A DNA stretch of 64,000 nt, from the NCBI GenBank assembly GCA_963821525.1, contig CAWGED010000019.1:864001-928000 (forward strand), in the 5' to 3' direction. How positions within the stretch are numbered: the first letter of the stretch is position 1; each line of letters opens with the position of its first letter. The position numbers and the translations under genes were made by a program. The notes beneath the pieces were generated by a model. That model had not been told where the DNA came from. It did no database searches and saw nothing but the letters and a program-made list of their open reading frames with translations. Source of the DNA: an uncultured Gemmatimonadales bacterium. GTDB taxonomy: Bacteria > Gemmatimonadota > Gemmatimonadetes > Gemmatimonadales > GWC2-71-9. Of the stretch, positions 1 to 13,130 are shown in pieces.

Positions 1-1
1 C

Positions 2-574
2 CCGAGCGAACTCGTGTCCAGCGTCCCACCAGTTGAGCGTAACGTTTGCCCCGCCACTGCGGAACAACTCGGCGAGGCGCTCGGCGTTGGCCAGGGGAAC
101 CAGGGGATCGAATCTACCTTCGGAGAGCAGGACCCGGGTTCCACTGAGCTCAGGTCGTTGCTCCGGCTCGAGGGGAACCATCGCCCGGAACAACACGGCT
201 CCTTTGAGCAGACCGGGACGGAGAAGCAGCAGGCTCGCCGCGATATTCGCTCCGTTGGAGAAGCCGACGGCGGTGATGGCATCCGAGTCGAGGCGGTAGC
301 GAACCACAGCTTCCTCAACGAACGTGGCGAGTTCTCCAGTCCTCGCAATCAGGTCCGGTATATCGAACACACCTTCCGCCAGACGACGAAAGAAGCGCGG
401 CATGCCCCGCTCCAGCACCCGCCCGCGCGGGCTGAGCACCGCGGCGCCCGGAGCGAGTGCCGAGGCCAATGGGAGCATCGAGTCCTCGTTGCCGCCAGTT
501 CCATGCAGCAGGAGGAGAGTGCGCGAGTCTCCCGGAGCACCCGGCACGAATCGGTGCGCGAAGGTCTCGATCAT
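2..574 (-). CDS. Alpha/beta hydrolase (phospholipase/carboxylesterase, MhqD-like), 3' end truncated by window edge
   Basis: Absent from the ORF track; manual translation from ATG at 574 (overlaps the upstream stop) gives MIETFAHRF..LLLLHGTGGNE..SPRGRV..PRFFRR..GFSNGANIAA..GRFDPLVP..DAGH, with a GxSxG nucleophile elbow. Confidence 0.85.
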   Translation of the reverse strand, partial: MIETFAHRFVPGAPGDSRTLLLLHGTGGNEDSMLPLASALAPGAAVLSPRGRVLERGMPRFFRRLAEGVFDIPDLIARTGELATFVEEAVVRYRLDSDAITAVGFSNGANIAASLLLLRPGLLKGAVLFRAMVPLEPEQRPELSGTRVLLSEGRFDPLVPLANAERLAELFRSGGANVTLNWWDAGHEFAR

Positions 575-1536
575 GATGCCGCCGGGACCCCACGCTGGGG
601 AAGTGCGAGTGGAGGCAGGATTGCCTCGAGATTCGGCCGGTTGCGCTCGTACTGCGGCGGCAGTTTGAGAGCTTCACCCAGGGACTCGACTGGCTCGTCG
701 ATCAGGAACCCGGGGCCGTCGGTGGCAACTTCGAACAGCACACCGCCCGGCTCCCTGAAGTAGATCGAGCGAAAATATTGCCGGTCAATCACCGGGGTCG
801 CAGGCACACCACGCCGCAGCAGAATCTCCCGCAATCCCAATTGCTCGTCCTCGCCGGTCGCCCGCCAGGCAATGTGATGCACCGATCCGACTCCGTTCAC
901 CGCATGACTGGCATCCGGTTCGATCCTCAGGTCGACGATGGCTCCAGGACCCCCGGCCCCGGCCTCGAACCGATGGCGATTGTCCTCTGCGCCGAGCGGG
1001 CGGAAGCCAAGTGCCTCGGTGAGCAAGTCCGCAGTCGGATCCGCACTCGTGAGCGTGAGGGTGGCAGAGTGAATGCCGCGAATCGCGTATTGCGCGGGGA
1101 CTATCGAATCGGACCAGACCCCGGTGGAAGGCGCACGGTTCGACGCGATGAGCTCGAGCCGGAGTCCGTCCGGGTCTATCAACCCGATGGCCTGCTCTCC
1201 GAAACGGGCCGGAACTTCGAGCACCTGAAGCTTGTGCTGGGCCAGGCGGTCCCGCCAGAAGTCGAGCGCTCCGGCCGGTATCGTCAAGGAGACGACGCCC
1301 ACTTCTCCGCTGCCCATCCGGCCGCGGAAGGCGCCCGCCCAGGGGAAGAAGGTCATCAAACTCCCGGGCTGACCGATCTCGTCGCCGAAGTAGAAGTGGT
1401 AGGTGCCGGGATCGTCGAAATTCACCGTCCGCTTCACCAGCCGCAGCCCGAGGAACCCCGCGTAGAAATCGAGATTGCGCTGGGGATCTCCCGCGATCGC
1501 GGTGATGTGGTGAATGCCCTGTGCAGCGTGAGCCAT
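571..1536 (-). CDS. Ring-cleaving dioxygenase, VOC/glyoxalase superfamily (MhqO/MhqE-like)
   Basis: GIHHITAI..FY..LGLRLVKRTVNFDDPGTYHFYFGD..HHIAWR..DRQYFRSIYFREPGGVLFEVATDGPGF; start ATG 1536 with GGAGGA RBS. Confidence 0.9.
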   Translation of the reverse strand: MAHAAQGIHHITAIAGDPQRNLDFYAGFLGLRLVKRTVNFDDPGTYHFYFGDEIGQPGSLMTFFPWAGAFRGRMGSGEVGVVSLTIPAGALDFWRDRLAQHKLQVLEVPARFGEQAIGLIDPDGLRLELIASNRAPSTGVWSDSIVPAQYAIRGIHSATLTLTSADPTADLLTEALGFRPLGAEDNRHRFEAGAGGPGAIVDLRIEPDASHAVNGVGSVHHIAWRATGEDEQLGLREILLRRGVPATPVIDRQYFRSIYFREPGGVLFEVATDGPGFLIDEPVESLGEALKLPPQYERNRPNLEAILPPLALPQRGVPAAS

Positions 1537-1564
1537 ATGTCCTCCTGAAACCATGTTGACGTCC

Positions 1565-2026
1565 TTAGTCGCTGCCGGCCACGGCGCGCCCCAGCTTGCG
1601 GCATAGCCGGCCCAACTCGACTTGCTCTTCCCGGGTGAGGTGCCGGAGCACCTGGGTGATGCGGGTGGCATGACCGGGGAACGCCCGGGAAATGATCTGC
1701 CGCCCGGTGGGGGTCAGCTCCACCCGGTGGGCCCTGCGGTCATCCGGATCGGCTAACCGACGCACCCAGCCGTGCCGCTCAAGGTTGTCCACGACCGTCG
1801 TGAGGTTACTGCCGCTCACCAGGAGTTTCTCACAGAGTCGGGCCTGGGCCATCGGCCCCTTGTGATGCAGGGCCTCGAGCACGCCGAACTGAGTCTCCGT
1901 GAGCCGGTGCTCCTTGAGCAGCGCCGGATTGAGTCGAGCCCCGATAGCGTTCACGGCGCGACGCAGCTTTACGAACGTATCTAGGGCCCGGGCCGTTCCG
2001 GGCGACGGTGCCGTCGGCATATTCAT
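1565..2026 (-). CDS. MarR family transcriptional regulator (MhqR-like)
   Basis: LTETQFGVLEALHHKGP..VSGSNLTTVVDNLERHGWVRR..DRR..VELT winged-helix signature; start 2026 or 2020. Confidence 0.9.
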   Translation of the reverse strand: MNMPTAPSPGTARALDTFVKLRRAVNAIGARLNPALLKEHRLTETQFGVLEALHHKGPMAQARLCEKLLVSGSNLTTVVDNLERHGWVRRLADPDDRRAHRVELTPTGRQIISRAFPGHATRITQVLRHLTREEQVELGRLCRKLGRAVAGSD

Positions 2027-2036
2027 CCATATCGGA

Positions 2037-2054
2037 TAGTTCGATGTCGAATAT
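2037..2054. promoter_or_regulatory. Candidate MarR operator, imperfect palindrome TAGTTCGA-TG-TCGAATAT
   Basis: AT-rich inverted repeat TTCGA-n2-TCGAA just upstream of the marR start. Confidence 0.55.
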
Positions 2055-2085
2055 AATGGGGAGGGGACCGCCAAGCAACAACGCT

Positions 2086-2763
2086 TCAGAATCGCGGTTC
2101 ATCAGCCAGGGCGAGGAGGGTTGGGGCGTCGAGTCGGTGCCCACCGGCGAAGGAGCGTTGCCGGCAGCGGATACCGTGCCGCTCGAGATCCTTCAGCTGC
2201 GCGGCGTGCAGATCAGGAGACACCAACACGTCGTCCTGGCCCCGCACCAGGGTCACACTTCGGTCGCGCCAGCTAGAGTCTCCCAGACGGGCGAGAACAT
2301 CCTCAGGAAACAGGCTTCCCCAGAGGATCAGATCCCGAGCCGCCCGTTTGCCCCGTTCAACCCAGCGTGCCGCCGTCGCCCCACCTTGAGAGAAGCCGAG
2401 CACTCGGACGTCCGCGGGAAGACCCACGAGCCGCTCTTCCACGTGCCCGACCAGGTGGTCCAGGTAGCCGACATAGTCCGCGATCTCGGTGTCACGATCC
2501 TCCCGCGTCATCCAGGTGGCACCGACCTTGTGACTGTGCCGTCCCTGGGAGTTGGTGTCGAGATAGAAACGGGAGAGCGCTTCGGGTGCCACGATCAGGC
2601 GGCGGCCATTGTCCAGTGGGGCGGCGTCGTGCAGGAGCGCACGAGCGAGCTGTGAATACCCGTGCAGCACGATCCACACTTGGGAGACTGACTGCCAGGG
2701 ACCAAGACTGTAGAATCGCGCGGTACGCTGCACCGGCAGGTGATGCTGCTGGAGTTCGCTCAT
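2086..2763 (-). CDS. Alpha/beta hydrolase (predicted esterase)
   Basis: VLHGY..APEALSRFY..GATWMTRE..LGFSQGG..GQDD..GGH catalytic triad pattern. Confidence 0.85.
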   Translation of the reverse strand: MSELQQHHLPVQRTARFYSLGPWQSVSQVWIVLHGYSQLARALLHDAAPLDNGRRLIVAPEALSRFYLDTNSQGRHSHKVGATWMTREDRDTEIADYVGYLDHLVGHVEERLVGLPADVRVLGFSQGGATAARWVERGKRAARDLILWGSLFPEDVLARLGDSSWRDRSVTLVRGQDDVLVSPDLHAAQLKDLERHGIRCRQRSFAGGHRLDAPTLLALADEPRF

Positions 2764-3206
2764 AGACCGACGAGCGCGGTCAGCACCCCGGTGTCGGCGA
2801 TGCCGACGTGACGCTTCGTCTCCTGCCCATTCCGAAAGACCAGAAATGCCGGAATCCCCCGGATGTTGAAGCGTTGGGCAATACCGGGATTCTGGTCGGT
2901 GTCGACCTTGAGGACCAGCAGCTCGCCGGCGTGCTCGCCCGCAACGGCGTCAACGTGAGGAGCGGAGACCTTGCAGGGACCGCACCAGTCGGCGTGGAAA
3001 TCCACCAGAACGGGAACCGATGCGGTCTTGATCGTCTGATCGAAGTCCTCCTCGGTCGCGGTAAGAGGACGGTCCAGCCTGAGCGGGCGACCGCAATTGG
3101 CACACTTGGGCCCGCTGGACAGCCGATTGAGATCGACCCGGTTGAGCGTCGTGCAGAAGGGACAGCGAACCGTTACCGGTCGGGGAGTCTGCGCTGGCTG
3201 GTCCAT
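2760..3206 (-). CDS. trxC: Thioredoxin 2 (Zn-ribbon plus thioredoxin domain)
   Basis: N-terminal CPFC..CANC pair and WCGPC active site. Confidence 0.85.
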   Translation of the reverse strand: MDQPAQTPRPVTVRCPFCTTLNRVDLNRLSSGPKCANCGRPLRLDRPLTATEEDFDQTIKTASVPVLVDFHADWCGPCKVSAPHVDAVAGEHAGELLVLKVDTDQNPGIAQRFNIRGIPAFLVFRNGQETKRHVGIADTGVLTALVGL

Positions 3207-3253
3207 GAATTCGCTGCCCTAGGTCCGAATCATGTGGGACCCGGAAGGGGCGC

Positions 3254-7595
<4,342 letters not shown>

Positions 7596-7728
7596 TGAAG
7601 GAGTTGCGGGAATGCGGCACGCCGATTCTCAGAGGACAGGGCTTAAAGGATACCGATGGCCGGACAGTGCCGCTAGCTGCCTTCCCGAGCCTGGCGGAAA
7701 CGCGCTGGGCACGAAGGCGACCCGACTG

Positions 7729-10518
7729 TCAACCGGCGACGCGGGCCTTTTTCGAAGCGGAGTGCCAGCGGTGAGGACCGGAAAGCCGCGGCCCCGGCTC
7801 GGCTAGCAGCCGGTCGATCCCGGCAGGCGGCAGCGGCGCCGCGAAGAAGTAGCCCTGCCCCATCTCGCATCCCAACTCGATGAGCGCTTCACACTGCTCG
7901 ACGCTTTCGACGCCCTCCGCCACGGTCTTCAGCTTGAGCGTCTCCCCCAGCCCGATGATGGCCCGCGCGAGCGCCGACTTGTCCAAGCCAGCGCCGACGT
8001 CCTCGACGAACGGCCGGGCGATCTTGATCATGTCGATGGGGAAGCGCTGCAGATAGCCCAGCGAGGAATAGCCGGTCCCGAAGTCGTCGATCGCGAGTTG
8101 CACACCGAGCCCCTTGAGCTCCCGCAGCCGGGCCAGCACCTGGCCGGTCTGCTGCATCAGCACGCTCTCGGTGATTTCCAGTACCACGGCATCCGGCTCC
8201 ACCCGGGTATCGGCCAGCGCCTGGCGGGTCTCGTTGACGATATCGAGCTCGTGAAGCTGACGGCCTGAGACGTTCACCGCGATGGTCAGAGACAGCTCGG
8301 GATACATGGCGCGCCACAGCTCCGCCTGACGGCAGGCCTCGCGCAAGACCCAGCGACCCAGCCGCACGATGAGTCCGGTTTCTTCGGCGAGCGGTACGAA
8401 ATGCTGGGGCAAGAGGTGCCCGAACTGGGGATGTTCCCAGCGCAGCAGCGCCTCGACGCCGTGAACCTTGCCGCTTCTGAGGTTGAAGATCGGCTGGTAG
8501 ACCAGGGTTAGCTCTTCCTTCTCGATCGCGCTGCGGAGCGCGGCTTCCATCTCGAGCCGCTGCTTGAGGTCGTGATACATCTGCGACTGGTAGGTCTCGC
8601 AGCGCCCCTTGCCCTTCCGCTTGGCGGTGTACATCGCCATGTCAGCATTGCGGAGCAGGTCGTCCGCGGTTTCGTCGTCGCTGGCCGACGCGATGCCGAT
8701 GCTGGCGCTCACGCTCACTTCGTTGCCGCTCAGACTGAAGGGGCGGGCCATCGCCTCCACCAGCCGGCCGACAAGGAACCCGGGGCCTTCGGGCGCGCCG
8801 CCGTCCTCCAGCAGGATCGCGAATTCGTCGCCGCCCAGCCGCGCTACCGTGTCGGCCGCCCGAACGCACGCTTGAAGCCGCTCGGAGGCGGCGACGAGAA
8901 GCCGGTCGCCCTCCCCGTGTCCGAGGCTGTCGTTGACCTTCTTGAAATCATCCAGGTCGAGGAACAGCACGCTGATCGCATTGCGCTGCCGCATGCGCAG
9001 CTGCAGTGCGTGACTCACTCGGTCGCGGAAGAGCGCGCGGTTGGCCAGGCCGGTCAGGGGGTCGTGGAACGCCTGGTGCATCAGCTCCTTCTCGAGCCGC
9101 TTGCGTTCGCTCACGTCCCGGGTGTTGAGCACGACCCCGCGAACGGTCGGATCCTCGAGCAGGTTGGTCGCGATGGTCTCCGCATTCAACAACGAACCGT
9201 CGGGCTGCCGGAACCGCCATTCGACCGGCTGGGTGACGCCCGGGTTGGTAACCGCATCGCTCAGGAAGGTACGCGCCCGTTCCTGGTCATCAGGGTGCAG
9301 CAGGTCGATGACGGTGCGGCCCATGAGCGGCCCCGCATCGTAGCGCAGCACCCGGGTCACGGAGGGACTGACGAACTTGATGCTGAGGTCCGGCTTGATG
9401 ACCATGATCACGTCGGACGAGTGCTGCACCAGGGAACGGAAGCGGGCCTCGTTCTGCCGCGCGGCGTTCTCCGCGAGCAGGCGTACGTTCTGCCGGACCG
9501 CCATCAGCTGGCGCCCCACCACCAGGACCGTCATCAGCACGGCACCGACGGCGATGCCGCTGATCGGATCGCTCCACGGTTCGAGCGCAGCGGTGAGCAG
9601 CAGGCCGTAGGTGGACGCGACCGCGAGGTAGGGCAGCGGAGTGATCGGCTGAACCCGCGGGCGATGCGCCGCCATGGTCGAGCTGCGCGGAACCGGACTT
9701 CGCCAATAGAGCTCGCCGCTCGAGATGAGCATCAGGTAGAGCAGCAGGTACACCGCGTCGGTCCAGGCCGCGCTCCGTTCGCCGGTCTGGAGCAGCACCA
9801 GGTCGAAGGTCAGATCCGCCACGATTCCGACGGTGATGCCGATGACCAGGAGGTGGAAGGCGAGGCGATTCCCGTCGAGCGGGCCGCGCAGCATCACCGT
9901 CGCGATGCCGAGCAGCAACAGCAGATTGGCCAGCGGGTAGGCGAACGCAAGGACGGTGAGGACGATTCCGTTTCCAGCCGTAGCACCCGCCGCGGTGGTG
10001 GGCCGGATCGTGTAGTACCAGATGACGACCGCTCCGCCGACCAGCACCATGGCGGCGTCCAGCACAAACTTCCAGCGCTCCACCCGAATGCGCCGCGCGA
10101 GCGGGAACGAGAGCAGCGCGGCCAGCATCAGGAACGAATCGGAGAGATAGAACGCGTCGGCCCAGCTGACCGGAGGGTTCTCGCCGAGCGCGGTGAGGTA
10201 GTAGACCGAGATGCTGTTGCCGATGAGGACGGTCAGCGCTCCCAGCGCGAGCAGTCTCAGCGCCTGTCGCACCGACGGGTCGAGATCCTGATTGCGGGAG
10301 GCTACCACGTTCAGAATCATCACCGTCAGATTGAGCGGCATGAACGCGACGTTGCCCAACAGATCCCGCAGCTCGGTGGATCCCCACCCCGCCCGCTCGA
10401 ACACCAGGTAGAACAGCATGTAGACGGCTGCCAGACCGGTAAGCGTGCCGACCGGAAGCCGTGAGGCTTTCCGGCTCAGATTGCTAAGCACACCGACGTT
10501 CCCGTCGACTTTAGACAA
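7729..10518 (-). CDS. Multi-pass membrane PAS-GGDEF-EAL diguanylate cyclase/phosphodiesterase
   Basis: Hydrophobic N-terminal ~340 aa; PAS (RFRSLVQHSSD..LHPDD); HDPLTGLANR, RLGGDEF; VEALLRW, DDFGTGYSS. Exact start uncertain. Confidence 0.93.
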   Translation of the reverse strand: MSKVDGNVGVLSNLSRKASRLPVGTLTGLAAVYMLFYLVFERAGWGSTELRDLLGNVAFMPLNLTVMILNVVASRNQDLDPSVRQALRLLALGALTVLIGNSISVYYLTALGENPPVSWADAFYLSDSFLMLAALLSFPLARRIRVERWKFVLDAAMVLVGGAVVIWYYTIRPTTAAGATAGNGIVLTVLAFAYPLANLLLLLGIATVMLRGPLDGNRLAFHLLVIGITVGIVADLTFDLVLLQTGERSAAWTDAVYLLLYLMLISSGELYWRSPVPRSSTMAAHRPRVQPITPLPYLAVASTYGLLLTAALEPWSDPISGIAVGAVLMTVLVVGRQLMAVRQNVRLLAENAARQNEARFRSLVQHSSDVIMVIKPDLSIKFVSPSVTRVLRYDAGPLMGRTVIDLLHPDDQERARTFLSDAVTNPGVTQPVEWRFRQPDGSLLNAETIATNLLEDPTVRGVVLNTRDVSERKRLEKELMHQAFHDPLTGLANRALFRDRVSHALQLRMRQRNAISVLFLDLDDFKKVNDSLGHGEGDRLLVAASERLQACVRAADTVARLGGDEFAILLEDGGAPEGPGFLVGRLVEAMARPFSLSGNEVSVSASIGIASASDDETADDLLRNADMAMYTAKRKGKGRCETYQSQMYHDLKQRLEMEAALRSAIEKEELTLVYQPIFNLRSGKVHGVEALLRWEHPQFGHLLPQHFVPLAEETGLIVRLGRWVLREACRQAELWRAMYPELSLTIAVNVSGRQLHELDIVNETRQALADTRVEPDAVVLEITESVLMQQTGQVLARLRELKGLGVQLAIDDFGTGYSSLGYLQRFPIDMIKIARPFVEDVGAGLDKSALARAIIGLGETLKLKTVAEGVESVEQCEALIELGCEMGQGYFFAAPLPPAGIDRLLAEPGPRLSGPHRWHSASKKARVAG

Positions 10519-10605
10519 GCCGTCTCCGCAGAGTATAACTCGTTGTCAGATAATAAGATCCGAGATCTGCCGCTGACAGACAGACCTCACCGTAGGCGGT
10601 TTTAA

Positions 10606-10621
10606 AGCAAGGCTGGTGCCG
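10606..10621 (-). promoter_or_regulatory. Sigma54-type promoter (-24/-12)
   Basis: Minus strand CGGCAC-CAGCC-TTGCT matches GGCAC-N5-TTGCW, ~90 bp upstream of the GGDEF-EAL gene. Confidence 0.65.
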
Positions 10622-10917
10622 GGATCGACAGATTGCCGGTCCCACGTCAAGAAATCGATCAGTGGGCTGACGAAAAGTTGCTCGGTCCTCTCACCGCAGC
10701 GGCGATGATCGACCTGGACCGTTGTGGCTCATCGACATGCGGGCGCCGAAACTTCAGGGACAGACGTCGAAGAATTGCACGGTTCGGGGGCGACGCTTCG
10801 CTTGCCTCCACCAAGTGTGGAGGATCAAGTCGAGAGCCCCATTTTGTCGACGCGGATAAACGACAACAGATCGTACTCGAAAGTACTGCCGCAGGGAAGG
10901 CTCTTTGAACTGCGGGC

Positions 10918-13130
10918 TCAAGTCTTGGGGTTTCCCTCCGCCGGTGTCGCACGCTGCCGCACCGCGGCGAGGGCCAGCACGATCGATTCCTGGGAGGCGA
11001 GCAGCTCCCGCACCACCTCACCTGACGGCCGTGGCTGCCGTCTGGGTCGATCGGTCTGCTCGAGAAAGGGCCAGAGCGGAACCCGGATGCTTTCCGGGAG
11101 GACACTTTCCAGGTATTCCAGCGCGGTTCCTCGCAAATACGGCTCGTCGGTGAGCAGCGCACGGTACGCCAGGCGAAGAGGAGCGGCCGGCCTCACGAGG
11201 GCGAGCAGGGTGAAGACATGCTCGAGGCTTCGGTTGGCGCGATCCCGGACGATGTCGGCCTCCGTGGGCGACCACAGCTCGTCGTCGGCATCGAGCAGAC
11301 GGCGGCCTTCCCAGACCCCCCGCTCCACTGTGAGCTCTCGGTGGATCGCGTTCATGACCTGGTCCTCCTTCACCCGGATGCCGGGCATCCGTTCCATCAT
11401 TCGGGCGAGCGCTCCCCCGGCACGATACCGTACTTCGAAGCGCCGGTCTCCCAGCGCACCCAGGAGTGCCTCGAAAGACTGGTCGGTGAAGCAGTCTGCC
11501 AGTACTGCGACCAGTCTGCGCCGCACCGCGAAATCTTCATCGGGATCGAGCAGCCGCCGGGTCAGGAGATCCAGGTTCTCGGAAGCGACTCTTCGCAGTG
11601 CCGCGACGGCATCGGAAGCCACCGCATCCCAGGCCAGGAGATCAATCACTCCGCCAACCTGGTCGCGAGCGAGCGGCGGGCCTCGAAGTCTCGACCGCAC
11701 CGCGGCGACATCCTGAGCGGGCGAGGGGTGTGGCTTCTCCTTATCCTGTTCCGGAGCCGCGGAGCCAGCTTCGTGGCAGTGTCGGGATACTCGCCGGATT
11801 TACCCTCAACGAGGTCAGATCGATCGCGCCAACGGTCTGGAACATCGCGGCCGCGACTTCTTCCGGCCCCAACTGGTCTTCCCTGGCTCGGAGGCTCCGT
11901 TCGAGCGCGCCGAGATATCCCCGTTGCATCCGGCGGGCGATCGCAAGGGTGCCCAGGGCAAGCGCGAGCGTTGCGACCGAGCAGGAGCGGTCGCGACCTG
12001 GAGCGGCGCCGCGAGAATCGCGAGCTGGGCCAATCCCGCCCCGGCGATGTCTCCCAATCGAGCGCCGCCGACATCCACTACCGGCTTTGCGGCTCGTCGC
12101 TCCAGAGCGGAGACCGGGGAGTAAAGCAGCTCCTGGGCCGATCGGAAAACCGAATTGCGGAGCACTGTTTCGACAGCCACGCGCCACTGCCACGGAGGGA
12201 AAGCCGGGTGCCACCAGAGGCTACCAGCGAGCCGAGGGCCACTCCACCGGGCAGCAGCATGCGTGCTCCGAGCGACACCCAGCCGATTGAATATCCAGCC
12301 GGAGCACCGACACCTGCAGCAGGACGGTGAGCAGCGAGGTCACGGTATAGAACACGCGCGAAGAGCCGGAGCAAGCCAGGCCCGTCGGTCATCGTGGACG
12401 CCTGCAGCTTGAAGACGTAGTCCAGCACTCCTTCCGCCGCCGCGGCGAGTGCAACGAGGTAGAAGAGCAGGCGGAGGTATGAGGAGTGGCGCAGCGCTTC
12501 GATGGCCGACGAGGTCGTATCACCCGCCTCAGCGTAATGGGGCCGGCTGGCCGAAGCTGCGGGCGAGGGGCAGTACCAGGATCGCCAGCACCCAGCTGGA
12601 GCAGCGCAAGAACCGGTAAGCATGGAGCTGGCGGAGAACGCGGTCCCCATCGCGCTCCGTCAGGAGGCCGCCCAGGAGCCCGCCAGCCGAGGCCCCGGCA
12701 GTAATCAGGCCCACTGCCCGCCGGGCGGAGCGAGGGTCGAACGATTCATTGACCAGGGCCCAGAATGCCGAGACCAGGAGGGCGCCAAGGCGGTGACGTG
12801 GAGATAGACCAGGAATGCCGCCGGCCGGAGAGACACGAAGCTCAACAGCCACTCGCACGGACGAGCAGGATCGCGACTCCGGCGAAGAGCCGGGGCACCA
12901 GCGTCGCGGGACCCTGCTGGGCCAGCCGTCGTGCCAGCCACAGGGTGACGAAGCAGCGACGAGACCGCGGCGGTCACCACCATCCGCGGCAACAGCGTGA
13001 CGCCAAAGCTGGTGATGAAGAGGGCGTCGCGCGTGGCCTTGGCGGCCAGTTGGAATGCGATCGCCACGGTGCTTGCGAGGACCGTGGCGCGGATGAACCC
13101 GGGCTGATCGCCCGTATTGCGCGCGCTCAA
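10918..13130 (-). CDS. NTT/Npt (TLC, ATP/ADP translocase-like) transporter fused to C-terminal HEAT repeats; multiple frameshifts
   Basis: Fragments across frames: KATRDALFITSFG, FWALVNESFDPRSARR, GVLDYVFK, ETVLRNSVFRSAQELLYSPV..KPVVDVGGARLGD; HEAT-like LLGALGDRRFEVRYRAGGAL. Probable TTG start at 13130 overlapping the upstream stop. Confidence 0.7.

Noticed and set aside
14..763. Plus-strand 249-aa ORF at window start
   Set aside because: Antisense to the carboxylesterase and dioxygenase, which have clear family motifs.
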